A DNA stretch of 64,000 nt from SAR202 cluster bacterium (GTDB taxonomy: Bacteria > Chloroflexota > Dehalococcoidia > Lucifugimonadales > UBA6927). Below are positions 39,528 through 48,964 of this stretch, piece by piece; within the stretch, counting starts at the first letter, position 1; each line of letters begins with the position of its first letter. The stretch spans positions 39,707 through 103,706 of the forward strand of contig JAKUTX010000003.1 of NCBI GenBank assembly GCA_022447855.1, given 5' to 3'. The notes beneath the pieces were generated by a model. That model was not told where the DNA came from. It did no database searches and saw nothing but the letters and a program-made list of their open reading frames with translations. A program made the translations under genes and the position numbers.

Positions 39528-39833
39528 TTGCCTCGCCCTAAAGAGCCATTATTACCAAAGAATGAAATAGAAATTCTTTTGAAGGAATTGCCCGGTTGGG
39601 AACAGATTGAGAACAGTATTAGAAAAGAATTTCATCTGAAAACTTTTTTAGACGTCATGTCACTAACAAATCATGTTGCAGTAGCATCAGAAATTGCCGA
39701 TCATCATCCTGACATTTCAATAAATTATAGAACCCTATGTTTTGTGATCAGCACACACCACTCTGGAGGATTAACAAAAAAAGATTTCGACCTTGCATGT
39801 GAAATAGAAAGTTCTTCAAAAAAATTTCTGTAA
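39528..39833 (+). CDS. phhB: 4a-hydroxytetrahydrobiopterin (pterin-4a-carbinolamine) dehydratase
   Basis: 101 aa with the ADHHPDI motif (D-H-H-P). The TTG start is 1 nt after the larE stop, with AAGGGA 7 nt upstream. Confidence 0.85.
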   Translation: MPRPKEPLLPKNEIEILLKELPGWEQIENSIRKEFHLKTFLDVMSLTNHVAVASEIADHHPDISINYRTLCFVISTHHSGGLTKKDFDLACEIESSSKKFL

Positions 39834-39836
39834 TTT

Positions 39837-41042
39837 TTACTCAACAATACTTTTTTCATGCAAACTGTCTATTTCAGCATCACCTAATCCTAATCCTCTC
39901 AAAATCTCCTTAGTATGCTGGCCTAATGTAGGCGCAGGAGTTCTAACTGACCCTGGAGTTGCCGAAAGTTTAACTGGCACTCCTATTGCCTTTATCTGAC
40001 CAGAAATTGGATGATCCATTGCAACCACCATTTCTCGAGCATTAACTTGGGGGTCCTTATATACTTGATGAATATTAAATATAGGACCACATGGCACCCC
40101 TGATTTTTCCAATACTTCAATCCAAAAATTGGTGGTTTCAGAAACAAAGATTGCTTCTAGAATTGGGATTAATTCTTCAATATTCGTTACACGATTAGCA
40201 TTTGATGAAAATTCTTCAACTTGAAGCAAATCCTCTCTATCAAGCGCAACACATAACAATTCCCAAGTCCGTTGATTAGCCGCACCAACATTTATATATC
40301 CGTCACTAGTCTTAAAAGCCTGATATGGTGCAAGCATAGGATGAGCAGAACCTAAAGGCCTAGAAATAGAACCTTCAGCGAAATAGTCAGCAGATTGATA
40401 AATTGTATAAGCTAATGCAGAATCCAACAAAGCTGAATCTATATGTTGCCCTTCTCCAGTTTTCAATCTATTTACATAAGCAGACACTATTGCAAAAGCA
40501 GAAAACAAACCCGTATTCAAATCTGCTATAGGCACTCCCACTTTAGCAGGAGGTAAATCAGGGAATCCAGTAAAACTCATAATTCCACTCATCCCCTGAG
40601 CAACAATGTCAAATCCAGCCTTTTGAGAGGACGGGCCAGAATTGCCAAATCCGGAAATAGAACAATAAATTAGTGAGGGATTAAATGTTTTTACCTCTTC
40701 ATAACCCAATCCAAGTTTTTCCATAATGCCGGGTCGAAAATTTTGTACCACAACATCAGATTCAGTAATCAATTTTCTTGCCAGATCTAAACCTCGATCA
40801 TCTTTTAAATTTAAAACTATACTTTTTTTATTGCGATTTAAAGTTAAAAACGCCGCACTCTCACCATTAATAAATGGAGGTCCATATCCTCTTGTATCAT
40901 CTCCAATCCCCGGTTTTTCAACTTTTATTACCTCGGCCCCCATATCTGCAAGCTGAGACGTGCAAAATGGCCCAGCTAAAATCTGACTGAAATCAATAAC
41001 TTTGATACCTTCTAAGGCGCCAACATTTTTTGGATTACTCAA
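39837..41042 (-). CDS. Family III CoA-transferase (CaiB/BaiF)
   Basis: The N-terminal IKVIDFSQILAGPFCT...GAEVIKVE and the catalytic Asp context GFDIVAQGMSG are typical of the family. Confidence 0.9.
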   Translation of the reverse strand: MSNPKNVGALEGIKVIDFSQILAGPFCTSQLADMGAEVIKVEKPGIGDDTRGYGPPFINGESAAFLTLNRNKKSIVLNLKDDRGLDLARKLITESDVVVQNFRPGIMEKLGLGYEEVKTFNPSLIYCSISGFGNSGPSSQKAGFDIVAQGMSGIMSFTGFPDLPPAKVGVPIADLNTGLFSAFAIVSAYVNRLKTGEGQHIDSALLDSALAYTIYQSADYFAEGSISRPLGSAHPMLAPYQAFKTSDGYINVGAANQRTWELLCVALDREDLLQVEEFSSNANRVTNIEELIPILEAIFVSETTNFWIEVLEKSGVPCGPIFNIHQVYKDPQVNAREMVVAMDHPISGQIKAIGVPVKLSATPGSVRTPAPTLGQHTKEILRGLGLGDAEIDSLHEKSIVE

Positions 41043-41065
41043 TATTTTCTCCTTGAAATTAAGGA

Positions 41066-41860
41066 CTATTCACCAATGAATCTGATTTTTTCACGGTTTA
41101 TAAAAGCCTTCCTGGCATTAAAAAAATCGACCGAGTCAAAATTCGTGAATGGTAAATTTTTTTCATCTTCAGATAAATTAATTAGATTCGGATTTTTCAA
41201 AACTGTATCTCTGATAAGTTTAGTTCTTTTATGAGTAAGAGGCGACAATTTAGCCATTTCCTCAGCAAGTTCAAAAGTTGCTTTGTAAAGATCTTCTTCT
41301 TTGACTACCTGAGAAATTAGTCCCATTTTGTAAGCTAAATCTGAGTCTATTATCCGACCAGATAATAGAAGATACGAAGCATTTCCTGGTCCAACCAAGC
41401 TAACTAATCTACGCATTTCGGAATAACCAATCAATATCCCTAATCTAGCAATTGGAATCCCGAATTGACTTCCTTCAGAAGCAATTCTTAAATCTGTTGC
41501 CATGGAAAGCTCACAACCACCCCCTACACAAAATCCATGAATCATTGAAATCACAGGTTGAGGTAGAGATTCTAATGAATCCAGTGCACCGTCAAAAGAT
41601 TCAGCATATTTTTTTGCAGATGCCGAATCAAAACGGTTTTTTTCAAAATCCTTAATGTCTGCACCTGTAGAAAATGACTTGTCACCAGATCCTGACACTA
41701 CAACAACACGAATAAAATCATCCTTTTTTAATTCCTCTGATATCTTCGTTATTTCTTTCCAACCATCAAAGGAAATTGCGTTAAGATCATCAGGGCGATT
41801 AAAAGTGATTGTGGCAATTCTGTTTTTTTGCTTTTCAAATACAATTTCATTATTTTCCAT
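41066..41860 (-). CDS. Enoyl-CoA hydratase/isomerase (crotonase) family protein
   Basis: It has IATITFNRPDDLNA and the oxyanion/catalytic block CVGGGCELSMATD. The start is uncertain (ATG 41860, 41872 or 41902). I chose 41860 (MENNEIVFEKQ) because it has the family-typical N-terminal length. Confidence 0.85.
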   Translation of the reverse strand: MENNEIVFEKQKNRIATITFNRPDDLNAISFDGWKEITKISEELKKDDFIRVVVVSGSGDKSFSTGADIKDFEKNRFDSASAKKYAESFDGALDSLESLPQPVISMIHGFCVGGGCELSMATDLRIASEGSQFGIPIARLGILIGYSEMRRLVSLVGPGNASYLLLSGRIIDSDLAYKMGLISQVVKEEDLYKATFELAEEMAKLSPLTHKRTKLIRDTVLKNPNLINLSEDEKNLPFTNFDSVDFFNARKAFINREKIRFIGE

Positions 41861-41864
41861 CAGA

Positions 41865-43043
41865 TCATCCATTCTGAGGATTAGGTAGCCAACCCCATTC
41901 ATGAGGCCCCCAATCAGGGCTAAACATTTTCCCAGATTTAAATGTCATTACTGGACTAAACGCCTTATCAACTTTCAACTTATTTCCTAATGGATCACTC
42001 ACTTCCCAATCTCCAGATACTAATTCCAAAACAGAAATATCGGCGATCCTTCCAGCAGACAATGTCCCTAATGAATCCTGCATTCCCAAAGCTCTTGCAG
42101 GAGAAATAGTTGTCATCCGAACGACTTCGTCAACAGAAAACCCAAAGGCCAAAAACCTTGTCATCATCTCAGTCATACTATAAACAGTTGTTAATCGCCC
42201 AGGCAAAGTAATATCAGTACTTATCGAATCCGGAATCAATCCAGCATCTAATGCACGCCGTGCAACATCAAAACTAAAATTCAAACGCCCATGAGCAGTG
42301 TCCAAAAATACGCCCCTTTCCTGAGCTTCAAAAATCTCTGGGATAATCTTTTCATCTTGTACTATTCTCCCCGGATTAGTAGTAAACAAGTGTGTAACAA
42401 TATCTCCGGAATCTAGAAGAGGTAATAAGTTTCTGGTAAGAGGCTCTCCATCAATATAGTCTGTATCACCAATATGAACCATTAAAGGAACATCCCCTTC
42501 ATTTGCAGCTTCCTTTGCCAATTTAATTAAATCCAAACCTAAAATCCTAGCACCTGGACTTACAGCACGAACTTTTACTCCCTGGATTATAAGTTTATTA
42601 GATTTTATTAAATCAATAGTTTCTTCCAATTCTATATCTAGCCTTGATGATATTTCAGGTCTCACACTCAAACCTGCGCGAGCAATATGAAGAAAAGAAA
42701 AAATCTGAGTATTTGAATTTGGAATAACATGCGAAGGAAATCCTCCAAATGTGGATGAACCGGCACTACCAGCGTCAACAACAGTCGTAACTCCTGACAA
42801 AACTCCAGCTAAATCAGGATTCACTCCATTACTGCTCACTCCATCATAAACATGCGTATGCAAATCAATAATCCCTGGAGTTACTATTTTCCCAGACAAA
42901 TTAATTATTCTATCGCCAAAACCTGATTCAATATTGGCCCCTACTTCATCAATTAGCCCCCCTCTGATCCGAAGGTCCAAAAGAGCATGGATCCCATTTA
43001 TGGGATCCACAATAGTACCATTACGTAAAATAATATCATTCAT
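41865..43043 (-). CDS. Amidohydrolase-superfamily metallohydrolase (dihydroorotase/deacetylase-like)
   Basis: It has the IDLHTHV (H-x-H) metal motif and downstream H and D ligands. The ORF-track N-terminus (to 43163) overlaps the SDR gene. ATG 43043 (MNDIILRNGTIVD) is the family-typical start. Confidence 0.8.
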   Translation of the reverse strand: MNDIILRNGTIVDPINGIHALLDLRIRGGLIDEVGANIESGFGDRIINLSGKIVTPGIIDLHTHVYDGVSSNGVNPDLAGVLSGVTTVVDAGSAGSSTFGGFPSHVIPNSNTQIFSFLHIARAGLSVRPEISSRLDIELEETIDLIKSNKLIIQGVKVRAVSPGARILGLDLIKLAKEAANEGDVPLMVHIGDTDYIDGEPLTRNLLPLLDSGDIVTHLFTTNPGRIVQDEKIIPEIFEAQERGVFLDTAHGRLNFSFDVARRALDAGLIPDSISTDITLPGRLTTVYSMTEMMTRFLAFGFSVDEVVRMTTISPARALGMQDSLGTLSAGRIADISVLELVSGDWEVSDPLGNKLKVDKAFSPVMTFKSGKMFSPDWGPHEWGWLPNPQNG

Positions 43044-43056
43044 ATAAAACTCCCAA

Positions 43057-43812
43057 TTAGAAAGCGGTATATCCACCATCCACGGGAATTGATACACCAG
43101 TAACATAATCAGACGCTGAACTTGCCAAAAATACACCCGTGCCGGAAAGATCTTCAGGCTCACCCCACCTATCTTGAGGAATTCGACTTAATATTGATTC
43201 GTATCTAGGCTGATTAGTTAATTTAATAGGAGCGGTTAATTCAGTATGAATCCAGCCAGGCAAAATACAGTTCACCTGAATATTATCTTTTGCCCAAGCA
43301 TTCGATAAACTTTTAGTCAACTGAACTACCCCACCCTTACTTGCAGAATATACTGCACCTATATCTAGTCCAAATATAGACGTCATCGATCCAATATTAA
43401 TTATTTTCCCTCCCCCAACATTCACCATATGCTGATAAGCATGCTTAGAACACAAAAATGTTCCCTTCAGGTTAATATCCATTACCTGATCCCATTCTGA
43501 TTCTTCATAGTCCTGAGGATCTTTACGAATTGTTGTTCCAGCATTATTTACTAGAATATCTAAACGTCCATATTTATTAACAGTTCCATTAATCAAATTT
43601 GCAACGGAATCTTCATCATTAACATCAACTATCTCAGATGATGCTTGAAATCCACTATCTTGCAAGCCTTTGACCGCATCCTTCATCTTTTCAACATTTC
43701 TAGCCGCTAAAACGACCGTAGCTCCAGCTGAAGCTATACCCGTAGCAATACCTAAACCTATCCCGCCATTACCCCCAGTAATAATGGCAACCTTACCTGC
43801 AAGATTAAACAT
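43057..43812 (-). CDS. SDR-family oxidoreductase (FabG-like)
   Basis: It has ITGGNGGIG, NNAG and YSASKGG. ATG 43812 has GGGAGG 6 nt upstream, whereas the ORF-track start at 43830 is a TTG without an SD. Confidence 0.9.
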   Translation of the reverse strand: MFNLAGKVAIITGGNGGIGLGIATGIASAGATVVLAARNVEKMKDAVKGLQDSGFQASSEIVDVNDEDSVANLINGTVNKYGRLDILVNNAGTTIRKDPQDYEESEWDQVMDINLKGTFLCSKHAYQHMVNVGGGKIINIGSMTSIFGLDIGAVYSASKGGVVQLTKSLSNAWAKDNIQVNCILPGWIHTELTAPIKLTNQPRYESILSRIPQDRWGEPEDLSGTGVFLASSASDYVTGVSIPVDGGYTAF

Positions 43813-43884
43813 AACGACCTCCCAAGACAATTTTTTACAAGTCTACAATTAGACCAATTCTTTTCCAAGTTAAATATAGAAATC

Positions 43885-44595
43885 CTACTCTCGATATCTC
43901 TTAACTACACCTTCAAATGGAATTAATATTCCATTTTTCAATTCCAATACTTCATCAGCTAATTCTATCAACGTGGAATCATGAGTCACAGCAACAACAC
44001 TAATCCCTCGATCCAAAACCATTTCCTTAAAAAGCTTGAAAATAGCATGTGCATTCAAAGAATCTAATTCTCCAGTAGGTTCATCTGCAAGTACCAGAAT
44101 AGGATCCTTGGCTAATGCTCTAGCAATTGCTACACGTTGTTGTTCCCCTCCAGAAAGTTCATATGGCCTATGTTGTGAACGCAAAGTGAGGCCAACAAGA
44201 TCTAGTGCTTCTAGTGTACGTTTTTTTCGTTCACCAACTTTGACACCTGAAATCCTTAATGGAAGTTCAACATTTTCATAAGCTGAAAGAAGAGGAAGCA
44301 ATCCAAAGCTTTGAAAAACAAATCCAACCTTGTGACGACGGACATTCAACAATTCACGTTGGTTCATTAACGACAAATCTGAGCCTTCAAAAAGAACTTT
44401 CCCGCTAGAAGGTAAATCCAAACCACCCATAATATTCAACAAAGTAGTTTTACCAGATCCTGAACGCCCTACAATTGCAACAAATTTCCCTTTGGGTAGA
44501 GACCAATTCACTAATTGCAATGGAGAAACCGTTTCACCTCCCATTTCATAACTTCGGGAAACACTTTCTAGAGAAATTATGGTCGAATCTGACAT
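43885..44595 (-). CDS. ABC transporter ATP-binding protein (MacB/LolD-type NBD)
   Basis: It has Walker A GRSGSGKTT, signature LSGGEQQR, Walker [13 protein letters not shown] and H-loop VTHD. ATG 44595 overlaps the upstream stop as TGATG. Confidence 0.9.
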   Translation of the reverse strand: MSDSTIISLESVSRSYEMGGETVSPLQLVNWSLPKGKFVAIVGRSGSGKTTLLNIMGGLDLPSSGKVLFEGSDLSLMNQRELLNVRRHKVGFVFQSFGLLPLLSAYENVELPLRISGVKVGERKKRTLEALDLVGLTLRSQHRPYELSGGEQQRVAIARALAKDPILVLADEPTGELDSLNAHAIFKLFKEMVLDRGISVVAVTHDSTLIELADEVLELKNGILIPFEGVVKRYRE

Positions 44596-45503
44596 CAAAA
44601 ATCCAACCTCGTGATTTCTTGTAATTTTTCTGGGCTTATCACTATCTCACCGTTTTCAATCCTTACTGTGGCGTGCGCTCCAAGATCTAACTCTTGCATC
44701 ATCACTTGCGGAATTTGAATTCTTCCACTCGCATCAATCAAAGTGAATTGATCTAAAGAATTTTCTTCTCCAGAAAGATCACTCTCCAAATTTGTTCTTT
44801 TACGAATCTCCATAGACATTTTTCCGTCTCTAATCATTACAACTCTATGAACCTTATATGCTATATCTGGATCGTGAGTAACGATTAAGATAGAGGTGCC
44901 CATTTTGTGATTTATTTCAGTAAAAAGGTCCATAACCTCAGAGGCAGTAGAATCATCCAATTCTCCAGTTGGTTCATCAGCAAGCAAAAGGGGAGGGGAG
45001 TTTGCTAGGGCAACTGCAATTGCTACGCGTTGCTGCTCACCACCAGAAAGCTGACTAGGACTATGTTTTCTTCTTGATTCAATGCCAACAAGTTTCATTA
45101 ACTCGAGAACTCGAGCGTCACGCTCAGTACCTGAAATCCCATTTAACATCATCGGTAAAGCTATATTTTCCTCTGCTGATAAATAATTAAATAGATTCCG
45201 ACCGGTTTGTTGCCAAATAAAACCAATTTTTCTCCTGCGATAGTTAATGAGTTCTTTTGCAGAAATTTGCAGCAAGTTATCATTACCCACAAATACTCTT
45301 CCAGCAGAAGGGGAGTCATAACCCGCAAGAATATTTAATAAAGTACTTTTACCACTACCAGAAGCACCAACTAATGCAACAATCTCTCCTGGATTCATCT
45401 CAAAATCCAACCCTCGAAGTGCCACAACTTCCAATTCGGCGATTTTATAAATTTTAAATAAATCTTGACAATGTATGTAAGGTTTTAAATCTTTTGAATC
45501 CAT
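44595..45503 (-). CDS. ABC transporter ATP-binding protein (MacB/LolD-type NBD) with C-terminal SpoVT/AbrB-like extension
   Basis: It has [29 protein letters not shown] and VTHD. An extra tail of about 64 aa contains [36 protein letters not shown]. Confidence 0.9.
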   Translation of the reverse strand: MDSKDLKPYIHCQDLFKIYKIAELEVVALRGLDFEMNPGEIVALVGASGSGKSTLLNILAGYDSPSAGRVFVGNDNLLQISAKELINYRRRKIGFIWQQTGRNLFNYLSAEENIALPMMLNGISGTERDARVLELMKLVGIESRRKHSPSQLSGGEQQRVAIAVALANSPPLLLADEPTGELDDSTASEVMDLFTEINHKMGTSILIVTHDPDIAYKVHRVVMIRDGKMSMEIRKRTNLESDLSGEENSLDQFTLIDASGRIQIPQVMMQELDLGAHATVRIENGEIVISPEKLQEITRLDF

Positions 45504-45512
45504 AAACTAAAT

Positions 45513-48500
45513 TTATCTTTCACCTAATCTAAGGGTCCGTTGAATGGATAGCTTGTTAGCAAACCATACCATAACCATCATTACCAAAGTGAAAAAAATC
45601 CCCATAAACAAATATGCGGCTATCAAATTACCCCAATCCACCTCAATTACAAATGGAGGTAATACAGAATGGCCAAAATCATTATGTGCCAAAAAAGGCA
45701 TAATTATTGCTGCTAAACGACCTCCCATCCATGAGCCTAAAATCAAAGCTGTAACTATAACTAAAATTTGCTCCATCCAAAGCAAAGACATTAATTGCCT
45801 TGATGACAATCCAATAGTTCTCATTAATGCAAATTGCAATTCACGATTCTGGAAAGACACATATGAATGCACCAAAAAACCAACTACACTCACTAACATT
45901 ACAGACCCAAATGCCACGAAAAGCAACCCAGTCCACCCAGCAGAAACGAGGGGATCTACTGTACTGGATAATAACGATTTTGACCGGTCCTTAACTTGCT
46001 GGTTAGGAAAAGGTTCAAATAGAAGATGATCGGTCAGATTTTTCCTTTCCTCCCCTTGCAAATCTGATGAAATCCAAATTTCATTGATATTGAGTTCCCC
46101 TTTAGTAGTAGCCAAATTACTATACCTGCGCACTGAGTCCAAGTCAGCAATCAAATATTGATTTGCGATTGTATTAGCAGTAGGAAAATATGAAATCTTA
46201 TCAATAATTTTAATGTCTAAAGGCCTGCCTAATAAGGATACCCTTACTTTAGAACCTACACGATGACCCGTAGTAGTTAAAAATTTTTCGTTAGCTAAGA
46301 CTGGTACATAATCTATATTCGATCCAAAATAAATCCCCCTACTACTCCTTGATTGCCCTGCAGTCCAGGAAAATTCAGCTGCAGTAGTATTTTCTATTCC
46401 TCCAAGATCCTTAATTTGCAATTGATCGGTTTGAGATCCCTGAGACATCTTCAAAACATTCAAAGATTTGTCCTCATCAAATTCATACAAAACTTTTTGT
46501 TCAACCCGTCCGAAATCTGTTCTATAACTAATATCGTCAATCATTAAACTTCCTGGAGTTAATGCCCCCATAACACTTGGATTATGAATTGTTAAAGATA
46601 CTAATCTCATTGGATGCTCGGGTTGTAATGGCAAATACCGCACTTGTCTCCTCCAAAAACTCCTCCCCTGTACAATGCCTTTTTCAAGCCTTACTTCCCT
46701 TTCAATCCATTCGCCATTTATTTTGGGACATTGAACATTTTCAACTTCTTTTGGTGCGAGATTGGAAAACAACATTGAGGATCGTTCGTAACATAATGTT
46801 CCAAAAGTATAGTTAAAATACCTATCATTAGAGTCCTTGACTCTAGCTGATAGCACTAAATCATCTCTTGATAAATGAGGCATAACCCGTACTATTAATG
46901 AAGTCGCATCATCTGGAATCAAAATCCCTTCTGGGAGATCCTTTGAACCCAATTCTTTGAGTAGGTCATCTAACGGGGAATCAGCAAAGTCATTACGTGC
47001 CCAAGCAACTTTTAGAAATTCTTCAGAGTCCACAGCAAGCATTTCATAAGTTTCCCCTGAAAGCTTGCTAACATCATATCCAAAACCTCTTATGATCGGC
47101 GTAGCTTTGCTAACGCCATCAAGATTCTCGTATGATTGAACTACATCCTTACTATCGCCTTTGTCATTAAGAGTTATACCAGAAATTTTAATGTCAGCTC
47201 CGGTTGAATAAAGGACTCTTTCCTTAAAACTCCTTTCTAACGTACTACCAAAACTGGTTGCAAAAACACCCAATCCTGCAGTTAATACCAATAATAATGC
47301 GAGTCTTGCATAATGTGTGGGATTTCGAGACATATTCCATAATCCAAGCATCGGGCCAACCGGCATAACAGATGAAAGTAATCGACTAAAAAGCCTCATC
47401 GCTAATGGGAAAAGCCTCAAAATTATTAGGGCTGCACCTATCATCATTAATGCGGGAGTTACAAGAATAAGCTGGGAGATTACCATTTCACCAAATAACT
47501 GTCTTCCAATCACAGAACCTTGTTCGGTAAGTTGTCTGAAAAGTAAAAGCCCCACTATTATCAACATTACATCAATATAATAACGCTGGAACAAAGACTG
47601 ACCTATTGGCCTGGAAGTATTAGAACGATTATTTTGAACCCCCATTCTTGAAGCATGGATTGCAGGAATCAATAATGCCAAAAAACTTAGAACACCTCCA
47701 ACACCTCCCATTAAAAATGCTGAGATTGATAACTGAACTGGTAGTAAATCCCCACCGGTCAATCCTTCAAATACAGGAGTAATCCCAAGAAAACTAATTA
47801 CAAAAAGTGCTAGTATCGGACCTAATAGGGATGCAATTACACATACAAAAAATCCTTCTGCCAAAAATACTCCCAAAATCTGGAGTGAATTAGCACCTCT
47901 AACCCTCATTAAAATGATTTCTTCTTTTTGCTGCTCAACAAGTATCGTTGCCAACATAATTACATAGTACAAGACCACACAGACTATCAAAATCATTAAA
48001 ATCATCATGGGGAATTGTGAAAAAAACTGTCGGGTTTCAAATTTATACATTGCCTCATCTAAAGAAGTTTTCTCTCTATAAGAAAATGCTGCCGCAGTTA
48101 ATGAAGATCTCAAATTAACCAAATTATTTTGGGCCAAAAGAATCTTTTTTGTACTAATTGCGTTGGGATCAGATTCCATTAACCATACATATGTCGCATT
48201 CATTTTTGGAAATGCTGGACCCAAATTTGTCATAAATGATTCTTCTGAAACATACAAAGGAATAGTATCCATACTTTTGGTCTTTGCCTTCATAGCCGTA
48301 TCTTCTAAGTACCAAAGATTGTCAGCCTCATCCTCTTTTCCAAATATTCCAGTTATAGTTACAGATACAAAAGGTGTTACATCATCCCAATATGGAATCA
48401 CTGAAAATTTGTCACCAACGACCAAGTTATAATCTATCGCAGATTCCGAAGAAATTAATACTTCTAGTTCCAAAACCTCCCCAGATTTTACTTTCCCTGC

Positions 48501-48962
48501 ATTGGATGGCCACTTTCCGTCAGACAAAAATACATAATCACTAAGCTCAGGAAAATAAGAAAAATAGCTACGTGCGTTATCATCTCCTGAATTAATCTCA
48601 TCACCAGGTGGAGTAATTGAGAACGTAGGAGTCTTGCCAGCATGTTTCATTTGACTCACGAACCATTGCATATCTCTTTCATAATGCAATTCCATTACAT
48701 CAATTAGTCTTTGAGATTCATCATATGATACTGGGCCACGGTCAGCTTGAAGCAAAATATTTAATTCATTTTTCCCATACCCCTCAAATGTATGTTGTAG
48801 GGAAATTTCTTTTAAAGCATCGAAATACAAAACGGTACCTGCCATAATCATTGAAGATAACAACACTCCAACAACGACAGTAAAATACAACTTCCAATGC
48901 GATAGACTACGAGAAAGTATCAATTGAATTGCAAGAAAACTTTTTTGAATAATATTCCCCAA
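45513..48962 (-). CDS. Giant double-FtsX-domain ABC permease (about 10 TM, two large extracytoplasmic domains)
   Basis: 1149 aa. By eye the layout is TM1 (aa ~24-47), ECD1 (~48-315), TM2-4, TM5-7, ECD2 (~573-1008) and TM8-10. It has an FtsX-type C-terminal block (LMRTIGLSSRQL...). The TTG start has GAGGAG 5 nt upstream, inside the end of the preceding paralogue. Confidence 0.85.
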   Translation of the reverse strand: MGNIIQKSFLAIQLILSRSLSHWKLYFTVVVGVLLSSMIMAGTVLYFDALKEISLQHTFEGYGKNELNILLQADRGPVSYDESQRLIDVMELHYERDMQWFVSQMKHAGKTPTFSITPPGDEINSGDDNARSYFSYFPELSDYVFLSDGKWPSNAGKVKSGEVLELEVLISSESAIDYNLVVGDKFSVIPYWDDVTPFVSVTITGIFGKEDEADNLWYLEDTAMKAKTKSMDTIPLYVSEESFMTNLGPAFPKMNATYVWLMESDPNAISTKKILLAQNNLVNLRSSLTAAAFSYREKTSLDEAMYKFETRQFFSQFPMMILMILIVCVVLYYVIMLATILVEQQKEEIILMRVRGANSLQILGVFLAEGFFVCVIASLLGPILALFVISFLGITPVFEGLTGGDLLPVQLSISAFLMGGVGGVLSFLALLIPAIHASRMGVQNNRSNTSRPIGQSLFQRYYIDVMLIIVGLLLFRQLTEQGSVIGRQLFGEMVISQLILVTPALMMIGAALIILRLFPLAMRLFSRLLSSVMPVGPMLGLWNMSRNPTHYARLALLLVLTAGLGVFATSFGSTLERSFKERVLYSTGADIKISGITLNDKGDSKDVVQSYENLDGVSKATPIIRGFGYDVSKLSGETYEMLAVDSEEFLKVAWARNDFADSPLDDLLKELGSKDLPEGILIPDDATSLIVRVMPHLSRDDLVLSARVKDSNDRYFNYTFGTLCYERSSMLFSNLAPKEVENVQCPKINGEWIEREVRLEKGIVQGRSFWRRQVRYLPLQPEHPMRLVSLTIHNPSVMGALTPGSLMIDDISYRTDFGRVEQKVLYEFDEDKSLNVLKMSQGSQTDQLQIKDLGGIENTTAAEFSWTAGQSRSSRGIYFGSNIDYVPVLANEKFLTTTGHRVGSKVRVSLLGRPLDIKIIDKISYFPTANTIANQYLIADLDSVRRYSNLATTKGELNINEIWISSDLQGEERKNLTDHLLFEPFPNQQVKDRSKSLLSSTVDPLVSAGWTGLLFVAFGSVMLVSVVGFLVHSYVSFQNRELQFALMRTIGLSSRQLMSLLWMEQILVIVTALILGSWMGGRLAAIIMPFLAHNDFGHSVLPPFVIEVDWGNLIAAYLFMGIFFTLVMMVMVWFANKLSIQRTLRLGER

Positions 48963-48964
48963 GA

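Noticed and set aside
43044-43163. N-terminal extensions in the ORF track: amidohydrolase to 43163, coxL-like to 2411, clpP to 27411, SDR to 43830 and crotonase to 41902. These would imply large gene overlaps.
   Set aside because: The extensions overlap upstream genes, lack SD sequences and add non-homologous residues. Internal ATG or TTG codons with SDs give family-typical N-termini. These are ORF-calling artefacts, not real overlapping genes.
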